Assembly (NCBI GenBank): GCA_033763315.1
Contig: JANRKS010000034.1
Location: forward strand, 128,001 to 192,000
Source: Deltaproteobacteria bacterium
GTDB taxonomy: Bacteria; Myxococcota_A; Polyangia; Fen-1088
Length of the DNA: 64,000 nucleotides
Direction: 5' to 3'
The stretch's first letter is position 1, and every line of letters starts with the position of its first letter. Positions 20,387-30,958 of the stretch are shown in pieces. The position numbers were made by a program, and so were the translations under genes. Below the pieces are notes generated by a model. The model was not told where the DNA came from. It did not search any database and saw only the letters and a list, made by a program, of their open reading frames with translations.

Positions 20387-20851
20387 TCAGGTTGCGCTGA
20401 ACACGCCCGAGGCGTCTGCGTCTTGCGGCCACGGCTGGGGCAGTGATGTGTGGCCGACATTGAATGTAGAAGCGCGGTCCAACATGAACACAAGCTCGTC
20501 GTCCCGTAGACGCTTGGATTCCGGAAACACCAAGTAGACGAGCGCTCGTACATCGCCGCGTTTGTCGTGCACTGGCAACGCCACGGCGCTTTCCTCCGGC
20601 AATGGACTCAGCGGCGCAAAGCGCGTGGGACGCTTACGGCCTGTGCACGTGGAAAGAGCCGCGTTGCGCTCGAACGCCAGACCGGCCAAGCCTTGACCGC
20701 GGGAAACAACGCGTGCGCTTGCCACCACCAGCGGTGGCAGCTGATAAGCCGCGACCATCAGAAGAAGCCCGCTGTCCCCTCGTTCGTAAACGATTCCGGC
20801 CACGGCTTGATGCTCACGCACAAACTTCCTGAGCCATGCATCTGCGTCCAC
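20387..20851 (-). CDS. stand-alone GAF domain protein
   Basis: G.GLAGLA.ER and AVALPV...G.V.A GAF-like pattern. Confidence 0.7.
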   Translation of the reverse strand: MDADAWLRKFVREHQAVAGIVYERGDSGLLLMVAAYQLPPLVVASARVVSRGQGLAGLAFERNAALSTCTGRKRPTRFAPLSPLPEESAVALPVHDKRGDVRALVYLVFPESKRLRDDELVFMLDRASTFNVGHTSLPQPWPQDADASGVFSAT

Positions 20852-21013
20852 GTGTCACCCCCCAACTGCGGTCTTTCAGCGTACTCGATCTCTTGGCCAT
20901 CCGAAAAGGCGAAATTGCGCGATAAAAACCGAGCAAATCGCGCGTTTATTCCTCATGGAGAAATGGTCGTACGTGAGCTTACGCTTGGCGATTTTTCGTG
21001 AGACGAAGGGCGC

Positions 21014-24000
21014 TCACGCCAGACTCAGGTTGGCTTTTGGATCTGCATCTTCTGTGAGCAGTGTCTGCGGCACGCCGTCAATGTAAGTCACTGTGTGGTG
21101 CATCTGTGCGGGCACGCGTGGGCCTGGTGAAAGGATGCCGGCGAGATTGAGTGGATCGCAGCCCGACAGCGTGACCCGGTGGCCGCCCTTTGGGCTGCGG
21201 CGCATGGCGCGCAAAGCCTCCAACGCTTCAGGCAGCGCGAACTGTTCGCCCACAAAGCCTTCGACCAAGCGACCGCCCCTGATTTCGCCGCGCATTTCCA
21301 TCAAGCGGTAAGTTTGCACAAGGTCCCGCCACGGCGGCGCATACGTCTCACGCGCCAACAGATCTCGAAAGACGACGCCATAACGACGCAAATACTGGCG
21401 GGCCAAAATATCGCGCCGGTTCTCCTGCCCGTCGTCCACCCCCGCGCCCGAGTGGTGGTCGAGGTTGGCCTGCGCTTTCTGCACGGCGGGTGAATGCAGC
21501 AGGGTCCAGCGGCCTGCGCCAAACCGCGATGGTTTGGGCGTTGCCGCCGGTGTTTGGCGCCCATACCAACGGGTGCCCGCCGATGGCGTGCGTCGGTCGG
21601 CGTGCGGCAAAAGCGCCCGCAAACTGGAGAAACCGTCAGCGCTCACGAAGCCGGCTGCCACTAATTCCCACAGATCCTCTTCAGCGTCGGCGCGGCGCAG
21701 TTGTAGGGCGGCGGTGATGTCTTCAAGGAAGCTGGCGCCTGCGGAGCGTAAGAACGCCAGGATGTTCTTCGCGCCGGGGCTCAACGTAGCCTCGCACTCG
21801 CTGGCCGTGGCTTGGTTCGTTGTAAGCAACCACGGCAAATCGCGCCGCAAGACCAAGCCGATGGGAGCGGCCCGCGTCGCCATTGTGCTTGGATCTGGGC
21901 GCGGCGCCAAACGGCCCCACGACACGTGACCACCCAAACAAAGATCATCAAGCCACCCCGGATCATAATCGGTTAAGCGGGCGGGAAGCAGCGCGCTTTC
22001 CCACGCCCCGGCGGCCGCCTCGAATCCCTGCAATTGGCCTATGATTTCAAGCAAGCCGTCGCGCGATGACAATTGGCCGCCGCTGACGTGTTGCCATGAA
22101 AACAAGAAACGCATCAAATCCGCGGCCGTGGCCGGTTCGATGTTGCGGCGAAGGCCATCAACGGTGAGTCGGTTGGCGCGGGCAAGCAAGCGACGGTCTA
22201 TCCATTGCGTTGCCGCAGCCTCGTTGTCCACGGCCGTCCAATGACCACGCATCACATGGCCCATGCCTTCCACAACCGCCAGCGCGCCTTCGACGTAGGC
22301 CGCATCAAGGGCAAGCCGCCGCGCAAACGCTGCCGTGGTGGTGGGGCCTGAAAATCCCATGTGCCCGCGCACAAGCTCCGCCAAAGCGCCCTCCACCCCT
22401 TCCCACGTGGGTGCACGTCGCAAAGGCGGCTCCTCAACCGCGGGTGCGATGTGCGCCTCGGGCCATAACGTCTTTGCCATGCCCAAGCGCTCGGCGGGTA
22501 TCCACAGCGCCAGCCCTTCGTGCGTCAACGTTGCCGCTCGCCGCGTTTGCTCGAGTGCCGCGAACGCTGGCTCCCAACCGCGGGCGCGGCCTTCGTCTGC
22601 GGGCCACGCGATCACATCCAACAGCACGTCGTGCAATTCGTCGGGCGATCGCACAAGCGGCGCTGCCGCTTGCACCACGCTGGCCAGGGCGTCTGGATCA
22701 AGGCGTCCCAAGCCCGCCGCCAGATCCGCTGGCAAGCCCCGCCGCACGGCCACGGCGCGCGAACGGCGCTCTTCCAAAGGCGCGTCGTCCAAGAAGGCAT
22801 AGGGGTTGGCGTTTAAGATCTCGTGTGCGAACACCGACGGTTCCGTTGTTTCCCTCACCACAGTCGCGATGCGCCCGGCGGCCAAATCGGTGAGCACGCG
22901 CTTGAGTCCCTCAGCGTCCATGATTTCACTTAAGCAATCGTGAACCGTTTGTTTCACCAGTGGGTGATCGGGCACTTCGATCGCGCCGCCGCCATGGTTG
23001 TCTTGGCAAGCCACTTGACCGGGAAACACGGCGGCCAGCAGATCTTGCGATCGCATGCGTTGGAGGTTGGGGGGCACGCGCTTGCCGTTTTGCGTGCGCC
23101 GCAAAGCCAAAGACCGCGTGGCGTTCCACCGCCAACGTGTCTCAAACATGGGCGCTTGCAACGCCGCTTGCGTGAGCAACTCATCCACAAGCTCGGGCCG
23201 CAACATCTGCAAGATCAATTCAAGCGGGAAGCTGTGCTGAGGCGACAGCGACAACAACACGCCTTCGTCAGTGGCCGCCGCCTGCAACTCAAAATCAAAC
23301 GACCGGCAAAACCGCTTGCGCAAGGCCATTCCCCACGCACGGTTGATGCGGCCGCCAAACGGGGCGTGGATCACCAATTGGGTGCCGCCTGATTCATCGA
23401 AAAAACGCTCGGCCACGACGCACGTTTGTGATGGCACGGCGCCGAGCTGTGCGTGGCCCGAAGTGACGTATGCCTGCAGCAGCTTTGCGCCGCTTTCATC
23501 CAATGCGCAGGCTTGCATGATGGCTGCGGTTGCGGCCAAGCGCGGCGCTGTGTCGTCATCGGCGGGTACAAGATCGGCGCGCAAGGCTCCCACACCGTAC
23601 GAAAGCTCGTAGGATCGCGCTGGCCCTTCGCCAAACCAAAATGGCACCGATGGTGGCGCACCAGCGGCGTCTTCCACGCGCACGCGGCCATTTTCAACGC
23701 GGCGAATGCGCCACGATGTGTTGCCCAGCAAGATGATGTCGCCCGCTTGTGAATCGATGGCGAAATCTTCATCCAAGGTGCCCACGACTGTGCCTTCGGG
23801 ATCCAGCACCACGTCGAACAGAGCCGTGTCTGGAATGGCGCCGCCCGAAGTGATGGCCGTCAGGCGCGCGCCGTTGCGGGCGCGCAATTTGCGGTTCACG
23901 CCGTCGCGGTGAAGCAGGGCGCTGTTGCGGCCACGGCTGGTGGAGATGCCGTCCGCCAGCATGTCGACGATGGCGTTGAAGGTCTCGCGTGAAAGGTCTT

Positions 24001-25360
24001 TGTAGGGTGCTGCCAACCGCATCGTTTCGAACAGCGCGTCCTCGTCCCACGTTTCGCAGGCGCAAGCGGCGACGATTTGCTGGGCCAAGATGTCCACGGG
24101 CGCCACGCGCGGCAACACTTTGTCGAGTTCGCCTCGGCGAGCGGCGCGCACGAGCGCCGCGCATTCCACCAGCTGGTCCCGTGTCAGCGGAAACAAGCGC
24201 GCCTTAGGCGTGCCGCCCACGGCGTGGCCAGCGCGGCCGATGCGTTGCACGCCCGTGGCGATGGATCTGGGTGAGCCAACCAAACACACAAGATCCACGG
24301 ACCCAATGTCGATGCCCAGCTCCAAGGAAGCCGTTGCCACCACCAACTGCAAATCGCCGCCCTTCAAGCGTTGCTCCGTGGCAAAGCGGCGCTCGCGCGA
24401 CAGGCTGCCATGGTGCGCCCCCACGCATTCGGCCCCCAATCGCGCTGAAAGGTTGTGTGCCACGCGTTCCACCAACCGCCGCGTGTTTACGAACACAAGT
24501 GTTGAGCGGTGCTGGCGTGCAAGCTCCGCCAGGCGATCATAGAACTCCGTCCACTGTTCATTGGTGCACACCGCACCCAACTCATCGCGAGGCACCTCAA
24601 TGGCCAGATCCAACGTGCGAGGCCGTGAGGCGTTTACAACGTCGGGTGGCGGTCGGTTGCCCACCAGAAGCTCCATCGCTGAGGTGAGTGGATGGATCGT
24701 GGCGGATAGGCCCACCCGCTGCAGCGGCGTTTCCACGAGCGCTTGCAACCGCTCAAGCGACAGCGCCAAGTGACTGCCCCGTTTGTCAGCGGCCAAGGCA
24801 TGAATTTCGTCGACGATGACGGTGCGAACAAACTTCAGCGACCGTCGGCCCGACTCAGACGTAAGCAAAATGTAAAGTGACTCGGGCGTTGTGACCAGCA
24901 CGTGCGGCGGCTTGCGAACGGCGTCCCGGCGTTCTTTGAGGCTCGTGTCGCCCGTGCGTACGGCCGTGCGGATGGGCGGCAACACGAGGCCACGCGCGGC
25001 CGCGAGCGCGTTGAGTTCCGCTAGCGGCGTCTCCAGGTTGCGGCGTACGTCGTTCGAAAGGGCTTTAAGGGGCGACACATACACAATGAACGTGCGATCC
25101 GGCCACCCACCCTCGTCGTCGCGGCCCTCGAAGCCTTCGACGTCCGCCGGTGACGCTCCAATGCCGGCCATTGCATTAAGCGCGCGCTTAATGAGCTCGT
25201 CCAATCCCGCCAGGAACGCGGCCAGCGTCTTACCGGACCCCGTGGGCGCCGTGATCAGCACATTGCGACCAGCCGCAATGAGCGGCCACGCTTCGGCTTG
25301 GGCCACCGTGGGCTGCCCAAACCTTTGGGCGAACCACTCTTGGACAAGGGGGTGGACCAT
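21014..25360 (-). CDS. lhr: Lhr-like SF2 DEAD/DEAH helicase
   Basis: APTGSGKT, YVSPLKALSND, TTPESL, DEIH, SAT, ATASLELGID, QRIGRAGH; DEAD-associated and C-terminal winged-helix (RGG.VEGF.GEQFA) regions. Confidence 0.93.
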   Translation of the reverse strand: MVHPLVQEWFAQRFGQPTVAQAEAWPLIAAGRNVLITAPTGSGKTLAAFLAGLDELIKRALNAMAGIGASPADVEGFEGRDDEGGWPDRTFIVYVSPLKALSNDVRRNLETPLAELNALAAARGLVLPPIRTAVRTGDTSLKERRDAVRKPPHVLVTTPESLYILLTSESGRRSLKFVRTVIVDEIHALAADKRGSHLALSLERLQALVETPLQRVGLSATIHPLTSAMELLVGNRPPPDVVNASRPRTLDLAIEVPRDELGAVCTNEQWTEFYDRLAELARQHRSTLVFVNTRRLVERVAHNLSARLGAECVGAHHGSLSRERRFATEQRLKGGDLQLVVATASLELGIDIGSVDLVCLVGSPRSIATGVQRIGRAGHAVGGTPKARLFPLTRDQLVECAALVRAARRGELDKVLPRVAPVDILAQQIVAACACETWDEDALFETMRLAAPYKDLSRETFNAIVDMLADGISTSRGRNSALLHRDGVNRKLRARNGARLTAITSGGAIPDTALFDVVLDPEGTVVGTLDEDFAIDSQAGDIILLGNTSWRIRRVENGRVRVEDAAGAPPSVPFWFGEGPARSYELSYGVGALRADLVPADDDTAPRLAATAAIMQACALDESGAKLLQAYVTSGHAQLGAVPSQTCVVAERFFDESGGTQLVIHAPFGGRINRAWGMALRKRFCRSFDFELQAAATDEGVLLSLSPQHSFPLELILQMLRPELVDELLTQAALQAPMFETRWRWNATRSLALRRTQNGKRVPPNLQRMRSQDLLAAVFPGQVACQDNHGGGAIEVPDHPLVKQTVHDCLSEIMDAEGLKRVLTDLAAGRIATVVRETTEPSVFAHEILNANPYAFLDDAPLEERRSRAVAVRRGLPADLAAGLGRLDPDALASVVQAAAPLVRSPDELHDVLLDVIAWPADEGRARGWEPAFAALEQTRRAATLTHEGLALWIPAERLGMAKTLWPEAHIAPAVEEPPLRRAPTWEGVEGALAELVRGHMGFSGPTTTAAFARRLALDAAYVEGALAVVEGMGHVMRGHWTAVDNEAAATQWIDRRLLARANRLTVDGLRRNIEPATAADLMRFLFSWQHVSGGQLSSRDGLLEIIGQLQGFEAAAGAWESALLPARLTDYDPGWLDDLCLGGHVSWGRLAPRPDPSTMATRAAPIGLVLRRDLPWLLTTNQATASECEATLSPGAKNILAFLRSAGASFLEDITAALQLRRADAEEDLWELVAAGFVSADGFSSLRALLPHADRRTPSAGTRWYGRQTPAATPKPSRFGAGRWTLLHSPAVQKAQANLDHHSGAGVDDGQENRRDILARQYLRRYGVVFRDLLARETYAPPWRDLVQTYRLMEMRGEIRGGRLVEGFVGEQFALPEALEALRAMRRSPKGGHRVTLSGCDPLNLAGILSPGPRVPAQMHHTVTYIDGVPQTLLTEDADPKANLSLA

Positions 25361-25459
25361 TTGTTCAGCATGTTAGCCACGGGCGCGGGCAGTTGCAAAC
25401 GTTCCACTGACGGCGACGTCAGGGCGTCAGGCTGCAACAAATCCTGTATGTTTCGCCGC

Positions 25460-26695
25460 GTGAAAGCGAAGCCGCGCGCCGTCCCTCTCGACCCTGCGAC
25501 CACCGCTCGGGTCACGCCCCGGGGCCGCAGGCGCATCGAGGCCGGCCACCCTTGGGTGTTCCGGCAGGACGTTGAGGCGGGGCCCCTGGCGGATGCGCTT
25601 ACGGGCGGTCCGCCGCTTGTGACCGTGGTCGACGACCGTCAACAGCCTCTGGGACTAGCCATGTGGGCGGCCACATCTCCCGTCGCTTTGCGCATCGTGA
25701 CGCGTGCCGCCGTGCCGTCCCCGGCGTCCGGCGACCTTCTGTCGCTCGTCAAACAACGCTTCGCGGCCGCCATCGAGAACCGGCGGAACATGGGGATCGC
25801 GGCCGACCAATCCGCTTACCGTGTGGTGCATGCGGAGGGCGACGACCTGCCCGGCTTGTTCGTCGACAAATACGCACACGCGGCGGTTGTGCAGGTCGCC
25901 GCCACAGCTTTGGAACCACTGTTGCCCGCCATTGTGGAAATGGTCCGCGAGGCATTGCAGGTAAAAATGGTTGTGGGGCGCAATGACACCTCAATGCGCG
26001 ATTTTGAGGGCCTGCCCCGCGCGGACAGCCTGCTGTGGGGCGAGGGCGAGACCACCATCAAGTATTGGTTAGGCCCCAATCAACTCGAAGCCGATCTATT
26101 GCGCGATGGCAAGACGGGGGGCTTTTTGGATCAAGCCGAAAACCACGCCTTCGTAGCGTCGCTTGCCAAGCCGGGCGGCCGCTCGTTGGACGCATTCACG
26201 TTCCACGGTGGTTTTGCTTTGGCGTTGGCCCGCAAGTCATCGCACGTGTTGGCGGCCGACGCGGATCTCGAGGCCAGCCGGCGTGCGCGCGCCAATGCCG
26301 CCTTGAATGATTTTTCACACATGGAGGTGCGCTGCGCCGACGCGTACCAACTGCTGTCGACGCTGGAGGCCAGTGGTCAACGCTTCGACACGGTGGTTTT
26401 GGATCCACCGGCTTTTGCCAAGCGATCAGGCGCCGTCGCTGCCGCTGAGCGCGCTTACCACGAGCTCATCGTGCGTGGGATTCGCGTGGCCGCCCCTGGT
26501 GCGCTGCTCGTGGCGTGTTCGTGTTCGGGCCAAGTGGATCGGGCGTTGTGGGATCGCTTGGTCGGCGAAGCCGCCGCCACCGCGGGTCGACCTGTGCAAG
26601 TGTTGGCCCGCCGAGGCGCAGGCCTGGACCACCCTGAGCGTTTGGGCGTTCCTGAGACGGGTCACTTGAAGTGTTGGGTGATGAGGGTGCTGTAA
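25460..26695 (+). CDS. rlmI: PUA-domain class I SAM rRNA methyltransferase (RlmI family)
   Basis: GHPWVF, EGD.LPGL.VD, GKTGGFLDQ, LDPPAF, CSCS; start GTG 25460 or ATG 25448. Confidence 0.82.
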   Translation: MKAKPRAVPLDPATTARVTPRGRRRIEAGHPWVFRQDVEAGPLADALTGGPPLVTVVDDRQQPLGLAMWAATSPVALRIVTRAAVPSPASGDLLSLVKQRFAAAIENRRNMGIAADQSAYRVVHAEGDDLPGLFVDKYAHAAVVQVAATALEPLLPAIVEMVREALQVKMVVGRNDTSMRDFEGLPRADSLLWGEGETTIKYWLGPNQLEADLLRDGKTGGFLDQAENHAFVASLAKPGGRSLDAFTFHGGFALALARKSSHVLAADADLEASRRARANAALNDFSHMEVRCADAYQLLSTLEASGQRFDTVVLDPPAFAKRSGAVAAAERAYHELIVRGIRVAAPGALLVACSCSGQVDRALWDRLVGEAAATAGRPVQVLARRGAGLDHPERLGVPETGHLKCWVMRVL

Positions 26696-26714
26696 GCGGC
26701 ATCGAAAGGTGGCA

Positions 26715-27371
26715 ATGAAAGCGCTGGATCGAAAACAACATTTGTACTTGTGGTTAGGTGGCCTGTTCGTCGCCGCTTTGCTCACGGGCGACTTCATCGG
26801 CGGCCGACTGTTTCGCTTGGCTGGGCACGATTTTTCGGCGGGCATGTTGGCCTTTCCACTGACCTTTCTGCTCACAGACGTCGTCAACGAGTTCTATGGG
26901 CCCAAAGCCACACGCCGGCTCACGTTCGTGGGTTTGGGAGCGGCGGCGTTTGCGTTCTTGGTCATTAACATCGCATTGGCGTTGCCAGTGAGTCCCGAAT
27001 CGCCGTTGTCCGATGCGGCCTTTCGGTCCACCTTCGGCGCGTCCTCACGCATCTACATCGCTTCGATGGTGGCTTACGTGGTGGGGCAGATGCTGGACAT
27101 CGCCGTGTTTCAGGCTTTCCGAAAATTTACCAAGCATCGGTTTTTGTGGGCGCGCGCTACGGGCTCAACTTTGATCAGCCAAGCCAGTGACACGCTTATC
27201 GTCACGTTTATCTTTTTGGGTGGCACAAAATCAGCCGGCTTTATCTTGGGAGTGGCCCGTGACTCCTATGTTGTGAAACTGGTGGCGGCTGTGGCGCTTA
27301 CCCCGCTCATTTACGGCTTACACGCGCTGTTCGGGCGTTTGCTTTCGATCGACGAGTCGCCCGCCACCTAG
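26715..27371 (+). CDS. yhhQ: queuosine precursor transporter (YhhQ/VUT family)
   Basis: FP.TFL.TD.VNE.YG, S..AY..GQ.LD, W.R..GST.ISQ..DT. Confidence 0.88.
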   Translation: MKALDRKQHLYLWLGGLFVAALLTGDFIGGRLFRLAGHDFSAGMLAFPLTFLLTDVVNEFYGPKATRRLTFVGLGAAAFAFLVINIALALPVSPESPLSDAAFRSTFGASSRIYIASMVAYVVGQMLDIAVFQAFRKFTKHRFLWARATGSTLISQASDTLIVTFIFLGGTKSAGFILGVARDSYVVKLVAAVALTPLIYGLHALFGRLLSIDESPAT

Positions 27372-30289
27372 AAGGGGAACGCCATCACCACGTACACGTG
27401 GCTTTGGCCTCCCGCAGACAATCCGCGCGCCCACCCCGCCATGACTGTGCTTTCGGTGTGAAAGCCAAACTTCAAGTCGAGACGCAACTCAAGACCGGTG
27501 CCGAGTTTTAGGTCCTCAAACAGCTGTTTCGCTGCGCTGGCGTTGCCCAGATCCATGAATGCAGCGCCATGGAGGCGGCGAAGGTAAATCGGAAACACGC
27601 CCAGGCCGCGCTCGATCCACACCAGCGGCGCCCGGTATTCCGCTGACCCGCGCACGTAAGCCTGGCCCACCAAACTGCCCGCGCCGTAGCCCCGGAGAAA
27701 CTCACAGCATTGAGGGTTGTTTTGGTAAAGCGATCGCAGCAGCGTTTGTGATTCATAACCACCTAAGGCGAACGCGCCGGCGCCGTCCCCTTGGCTCAAT
27801 CCTCCAGAAGCCGCGACAGCCCACGTATGCAAGCGCGCCCACGGCCACGTGCCGTACTCCGTCCACGTGGCGCTGGTGGTGTTGACGCCGCGTTGAAGTG
27901 GGCCCGCGTGCTGCTCGTGTTGTAACGCCAGCGCCAGTTTTCGCCCGCTCTGCGGGGCGATGGAGCGCGTGTATGAAAGTGCGTTGTCGAAAGACGCCGT
28001 GATGTAAGCCGCCAGGGACGCGTTGGTATCGACCACCGAGGGTGGCGCTGCCCCATCCGTCGCGGCGTCGCGCCAGGCCATGCCAGCGGTTACATGGGCT
28101 CGCGAGGCGGGCGCTCGGTGAAGCGGCAACGTGCTGCTCAAAGACGCGCTCGTGCCATAGACTTTATAATCGTGCCCGGGGATGCCAACCACGGGATTGC
28201 CTTGCACCGTGTGGCCTTGCACCCAACGGGTGCCTGACAAGGCGATGGTGGGAAACCAACCCAGCCACGTGTAGCCAAGACGGATGGAGGTGTCAGCGGG
28301 CGCGGCGGCTGTGTCTACACGTGCACCAAGCTCATGCAGAAACAACGGATCGGACGCGGTGGTTTCTATGCCAACGCTTGGCCCCAACCCTAAGGCATCC
28401 GATCGGGCGCTCACGGTCCATGTTCGCGGGTATAGATGTGGCCAGCCTTGATAGGGCTCATTGTGCATCACAAGGTTCACCGATGTTTCTTGCGATGACG
28501 TTTGCAGGGGCTGTGACAACACGACTGGAGAAGCCACACGCCACGCGGTGTGATCGAAGGGCATTTGAAACAGGTCGAAGCCGCTGGCTGTAAAACCCGT
28601 ATAGATCACAGTGTGGCCATCGGGTGAGACCACAGGTGCGAAGGCGCCGGCAAAAACATCGGTCACTTGCCACAGGCGCGCCGTTCTCAAGTCGAGTGCA
28701 TAGATGTTGTAGGTACCGTCGCGGTCTGAGCTGAACACGAGATGGCGCCCGTCTGGGGAGAAGCGCAGGCCACTCAGCAAGGCCGCCTCATCATGCACGC
28801 AACCCGCTTGTCTGGTATTGAGGTCCATCACGTGGATACAGCGGCGGCGCCCGGGGGCCGCCGTCACGAACGCCACAACGTCGCCGGCGGGTGACCATGT
28901 GGGGCTGTAAGCGAGGCCCTGAACGCTGCTCCAGACCACTTCGGGGGCGCCGCCTTTGATCGGCACCATCACCAGTTGCCGTCGTCCGTCGGCGATTTGC
29001 ACGGCGATGATGCGTTCACCATCGGGAGACACGTCAGGTTCGCTTAGCCGCGCGTTGTGTGTCAGCCGCTGTGTTTCGCCCGTGCGCAGGGACAGCGCAA
29101 ACAGATCGTGCCCATCGGCAAAGGCATCCCCCAGCACCCGATGTCGCAGCGGCCGGAACGTCTGCTGCTCGTAGATCAACCGCGGGTTGTCATGGCTGTC
29201 CGTGACGGTGGCCATGCCTGCACCACGCATGCGCGCCAACTCGTGCTGTGAAAGCGTCCGAAGGTTCATTTCCACGAAGGCTTGTTGGCTGGTGCTGGCG
29301 TTGCGTTGAAACAACACCCGCTCGGACGAGCTTGGAAAAAAACGCGATACGAGGTTCGCAGTGGATCCTTCGCCCGTGAACGTCAGCCTGTGGCCCTCAA
29401 TCCTGTGATTGCCCAGCTTTTGCCGTTGCAGCTTCACCTGCGATTGCAGATCGCTTTGCCATTGCGCAAACAGATCTTCCAACGGCTCGCCGAATGATTC
29501 TTGAGCCAACCGATCGAAGCCCAATGGCAACACGAATTCGCCGAACCGGTGAGCGAGGCGTGCCACCTTCGCCATGCCAAAACGGTCTGCGAGGTATTGC
29601 ACGAAGCCCGCGCCATAGATGTAACGAGCGCTTGCGAAGGGAAACACAAGTGGATCGTGGGATAACTGGTCCAAACGCAGCAGCGCCCCCTCGGCCGCAG
29701 CGGTCCGCAGCATCATGGCGAACAGGCTGCTGTGAACGCGGCCCGCGCCCGTGACGGCAGATTCGTGTGCCACCGCGAGCCCCTCATTGAACCAAGCTGG
29801 CAGGCTTGCGTTGGGCGCCATGCGTTTGCCTTGCAGCACGTTGAACGCACGCGGAAGGCCATAAACAATATCTAGGTGCACCACGTGGGTGACCTCATGT
29901 GCCACCAAAAGCCCGAGCCAATCGTCGAAGTTCTGCAGCGATGAAAACGCGGGCGGCGGTGCGGCGAAGGCCACAACCGCATTGCGAGGCGTGACGGTGG
30001 CGTACCCGTTGGCGTCGTCCGTGGTATCGGCGATCGTGAGATCCATGCGACCACTTGGCTGCCAGCGTAAGCTCGAAACGAGCTGTGGCAGCGCCGATTC
30101 GGCTGCCCGCGCCGCGCGTGTGGCCAATGCATTGAGGCGGCGCTGGTGATGGATCCGGAAGTGGGGGGTGACAAGCGTCTCCCACGCCTCATCTGCCTCA
30201 CCTGCCGCGGCCGCCTGGCTGAACGCCGCGAGCCAAACCAGAGTTAACGCGCGCCAAGCAGGCAGTCGAGGGCCTCTCCCGAATCCCAC
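27368..30289 (-). CDS. exported protein: gluzincin-like peptidase + TolB/PD40 propeller + Omp85-like barrel
   Basis: signal peptide; HEVTH and PAWFNEGLA; repeated SPDG; LRGY and EYR.PL barrel motifs; terminal Phe. Confidence 0.78.
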   Translation of the reverse strand: MGFGRGPRLPAWRALTLVWLAAFSQAAAAGEADEAWETLVTPHFRIHHQRRLNALATRAARAAESALPQLVSSLRWQPSGRMDLTIADTTDDANGYATVTPRNAVVAFAAPPPAFSSLQNFDDWLGLLVAHEVTHVVHLDIVYGLPRAFNVLQGKRMAPNASLPAWFNEGLAVAHESAVTGAGRVHSSLFAMMLRTAAAEGALLRLDQLSHDPLVFPFASARYIYGAGFVQYLADRFGMAKVARLAHRFGEFVLPLGFDRLAQESFGEPLEDLFAQWQSDLQSQVKLQRQKLGNHRIEGHRLTFTGEGSTANLVSRFFPSSSERVLFQRNASTSQQAFVEMNLRTLSQHELARMRGAGMATVTDSHDNPRLIYEQQTFRPLRHRVLGDAFADGHDLFALSLRTGETQRLTHNARLSEPDVSPDGERIIAVQIADGRRQLVMVPIKGGAPEVVWSSVQGLAYSPTWSPAGDVVAFVTAAPGRRRCIHVMDLNTRQAGCVHDEAALLSGLRFSPDGRHLVFSSDRDGTYNIYALDLRTARLWQVTDVFAGAFAPVVSPDGHTVIYTGFTASGFDLFQMPFDHTAWRVASPVVLSQPLQTSSQETSVNLVMHNEPYQGWPHLYPRTWTVSARSDALGLGPSVGIETTASDPLFLHELGARVDTAAAPADTSIRLGYTWLGWFPTIALSGTRWVQGHTVQGNPVVGIPGHDYKVYGTSASLSSTLPLHRAPASRAHVTAGMAWRDAATDGAAPPSVVDTNASLAAYITASFDNALSYTRSIAPQSGRKLALALQHEQHAGPLQRGVNTTSATWTEYGTWPWARLHTWAVAASGGLSQGDGAGAFALGGYESQTLLRSLYQNNPQCCEFLRGYGAGSLVGQAYVRGSAEYRAPLVWIERGLGVFPIYLRRLHGAAFMDLGNASAAKQLFEDLKLGTGLELRLDLKFGFHTESTVMAGWARGLSAGGQSHVYVVMAFPF

Positions 30290-30864
30290 TTCCGTTTATT
30301 GATGAAGTAATGCTTAAGCTTGCCCTGGGCATCGATGAGGAAGGTTTCCGGATACTTCTCAGTGCCGAACTTCTTGGGCACTTCTTTGCTCTCATCCCAA
30401 ACCACCGACAGTGGCGTGCCTTTGGGAAAAAAGCGCCGCACGGTGGCCCACTCATCATCCACACTCACGGCCAACACCACAGCGTCTTTGCCAAGCTGTG
30501 ACGCCAACGCTTCCAGTGAGGGCATTTCTTCCACACATGGCGCGCACCATGTGGCCCAGAAATTCAGCAACACCGGCCGGCCCTTGAGATCTGCCAGCGA
30601 CCACAATTTGCCGTTGGCGTCGGGTAGTTTGAAATCGGGCAAAGCCCCATTGGCCAACGCGGCTGGAAGGGGCGCAGGCGACAGCGCGCGACACGCGTTC
30701 TCGCGGGTAAATGCGATGGTGTCGTGCGCCGATAGGAAGAACCGCACGGTGATCCACCCCATCAAAACAGCCACCGCCGCCGCGGCAACGAGCCGCTTGC
30801 CGGCAAGCGGACCGGCGGACGTGGCTTTGGGATCAGCGGGCTTGGTCTTCGACGAGGTGGTCAT
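30244..30864 (-). CDS. TlpA-family thiol:disulfide reductase
   Basis: N-terminal TM, LNFWATWCAPC.EEMP, YPETFLID. Confidence 0.92.
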   Translation of the reverse strand: MTTSSKTKPADPKATSAGPLAGKRLVAAAAVAVLMGWITVRFFLSAHDTIAFTRENACRALSPAPLPAALANGALPDFKLPDANGKLWSLADLKGRPVLLNFWATWCAPCVEEMPSLEALASQLGKDAVVLAVSVDDEWATVRRFFPKGTPLSVVWDESKEVPKKFGTEKYPETFLIDAQGKLKHYFINKRKWDSGEALDCLLGAR

Positions 30865-30892
30865 GCGAATGCCCAAGCAGTCTGACACAGCC

Positions 30893-30924
30893 AAAAGAAA
30901 AAGGGGCCGCGTTTGCGACCCCTT
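30893..30924 (-). terminator. intrinsic terminator after the multi-DsbA gene
   Basis: minus strand AAGGGGTCGC-aaac-GCGGCCCCTT followed by TTTCTTTT. Confidence 0.8.
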
Positions 30925-30958
30925 GCCCTGCAACGGCGCTAGCCGTTAGCCTGCAACG

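Noticed and set aside
21014-25360. Large helicase as a defence-island marker
   Set aside because: Typical Lhr architecture among housekeeping neighbours; no nucleases or methylases adjacent
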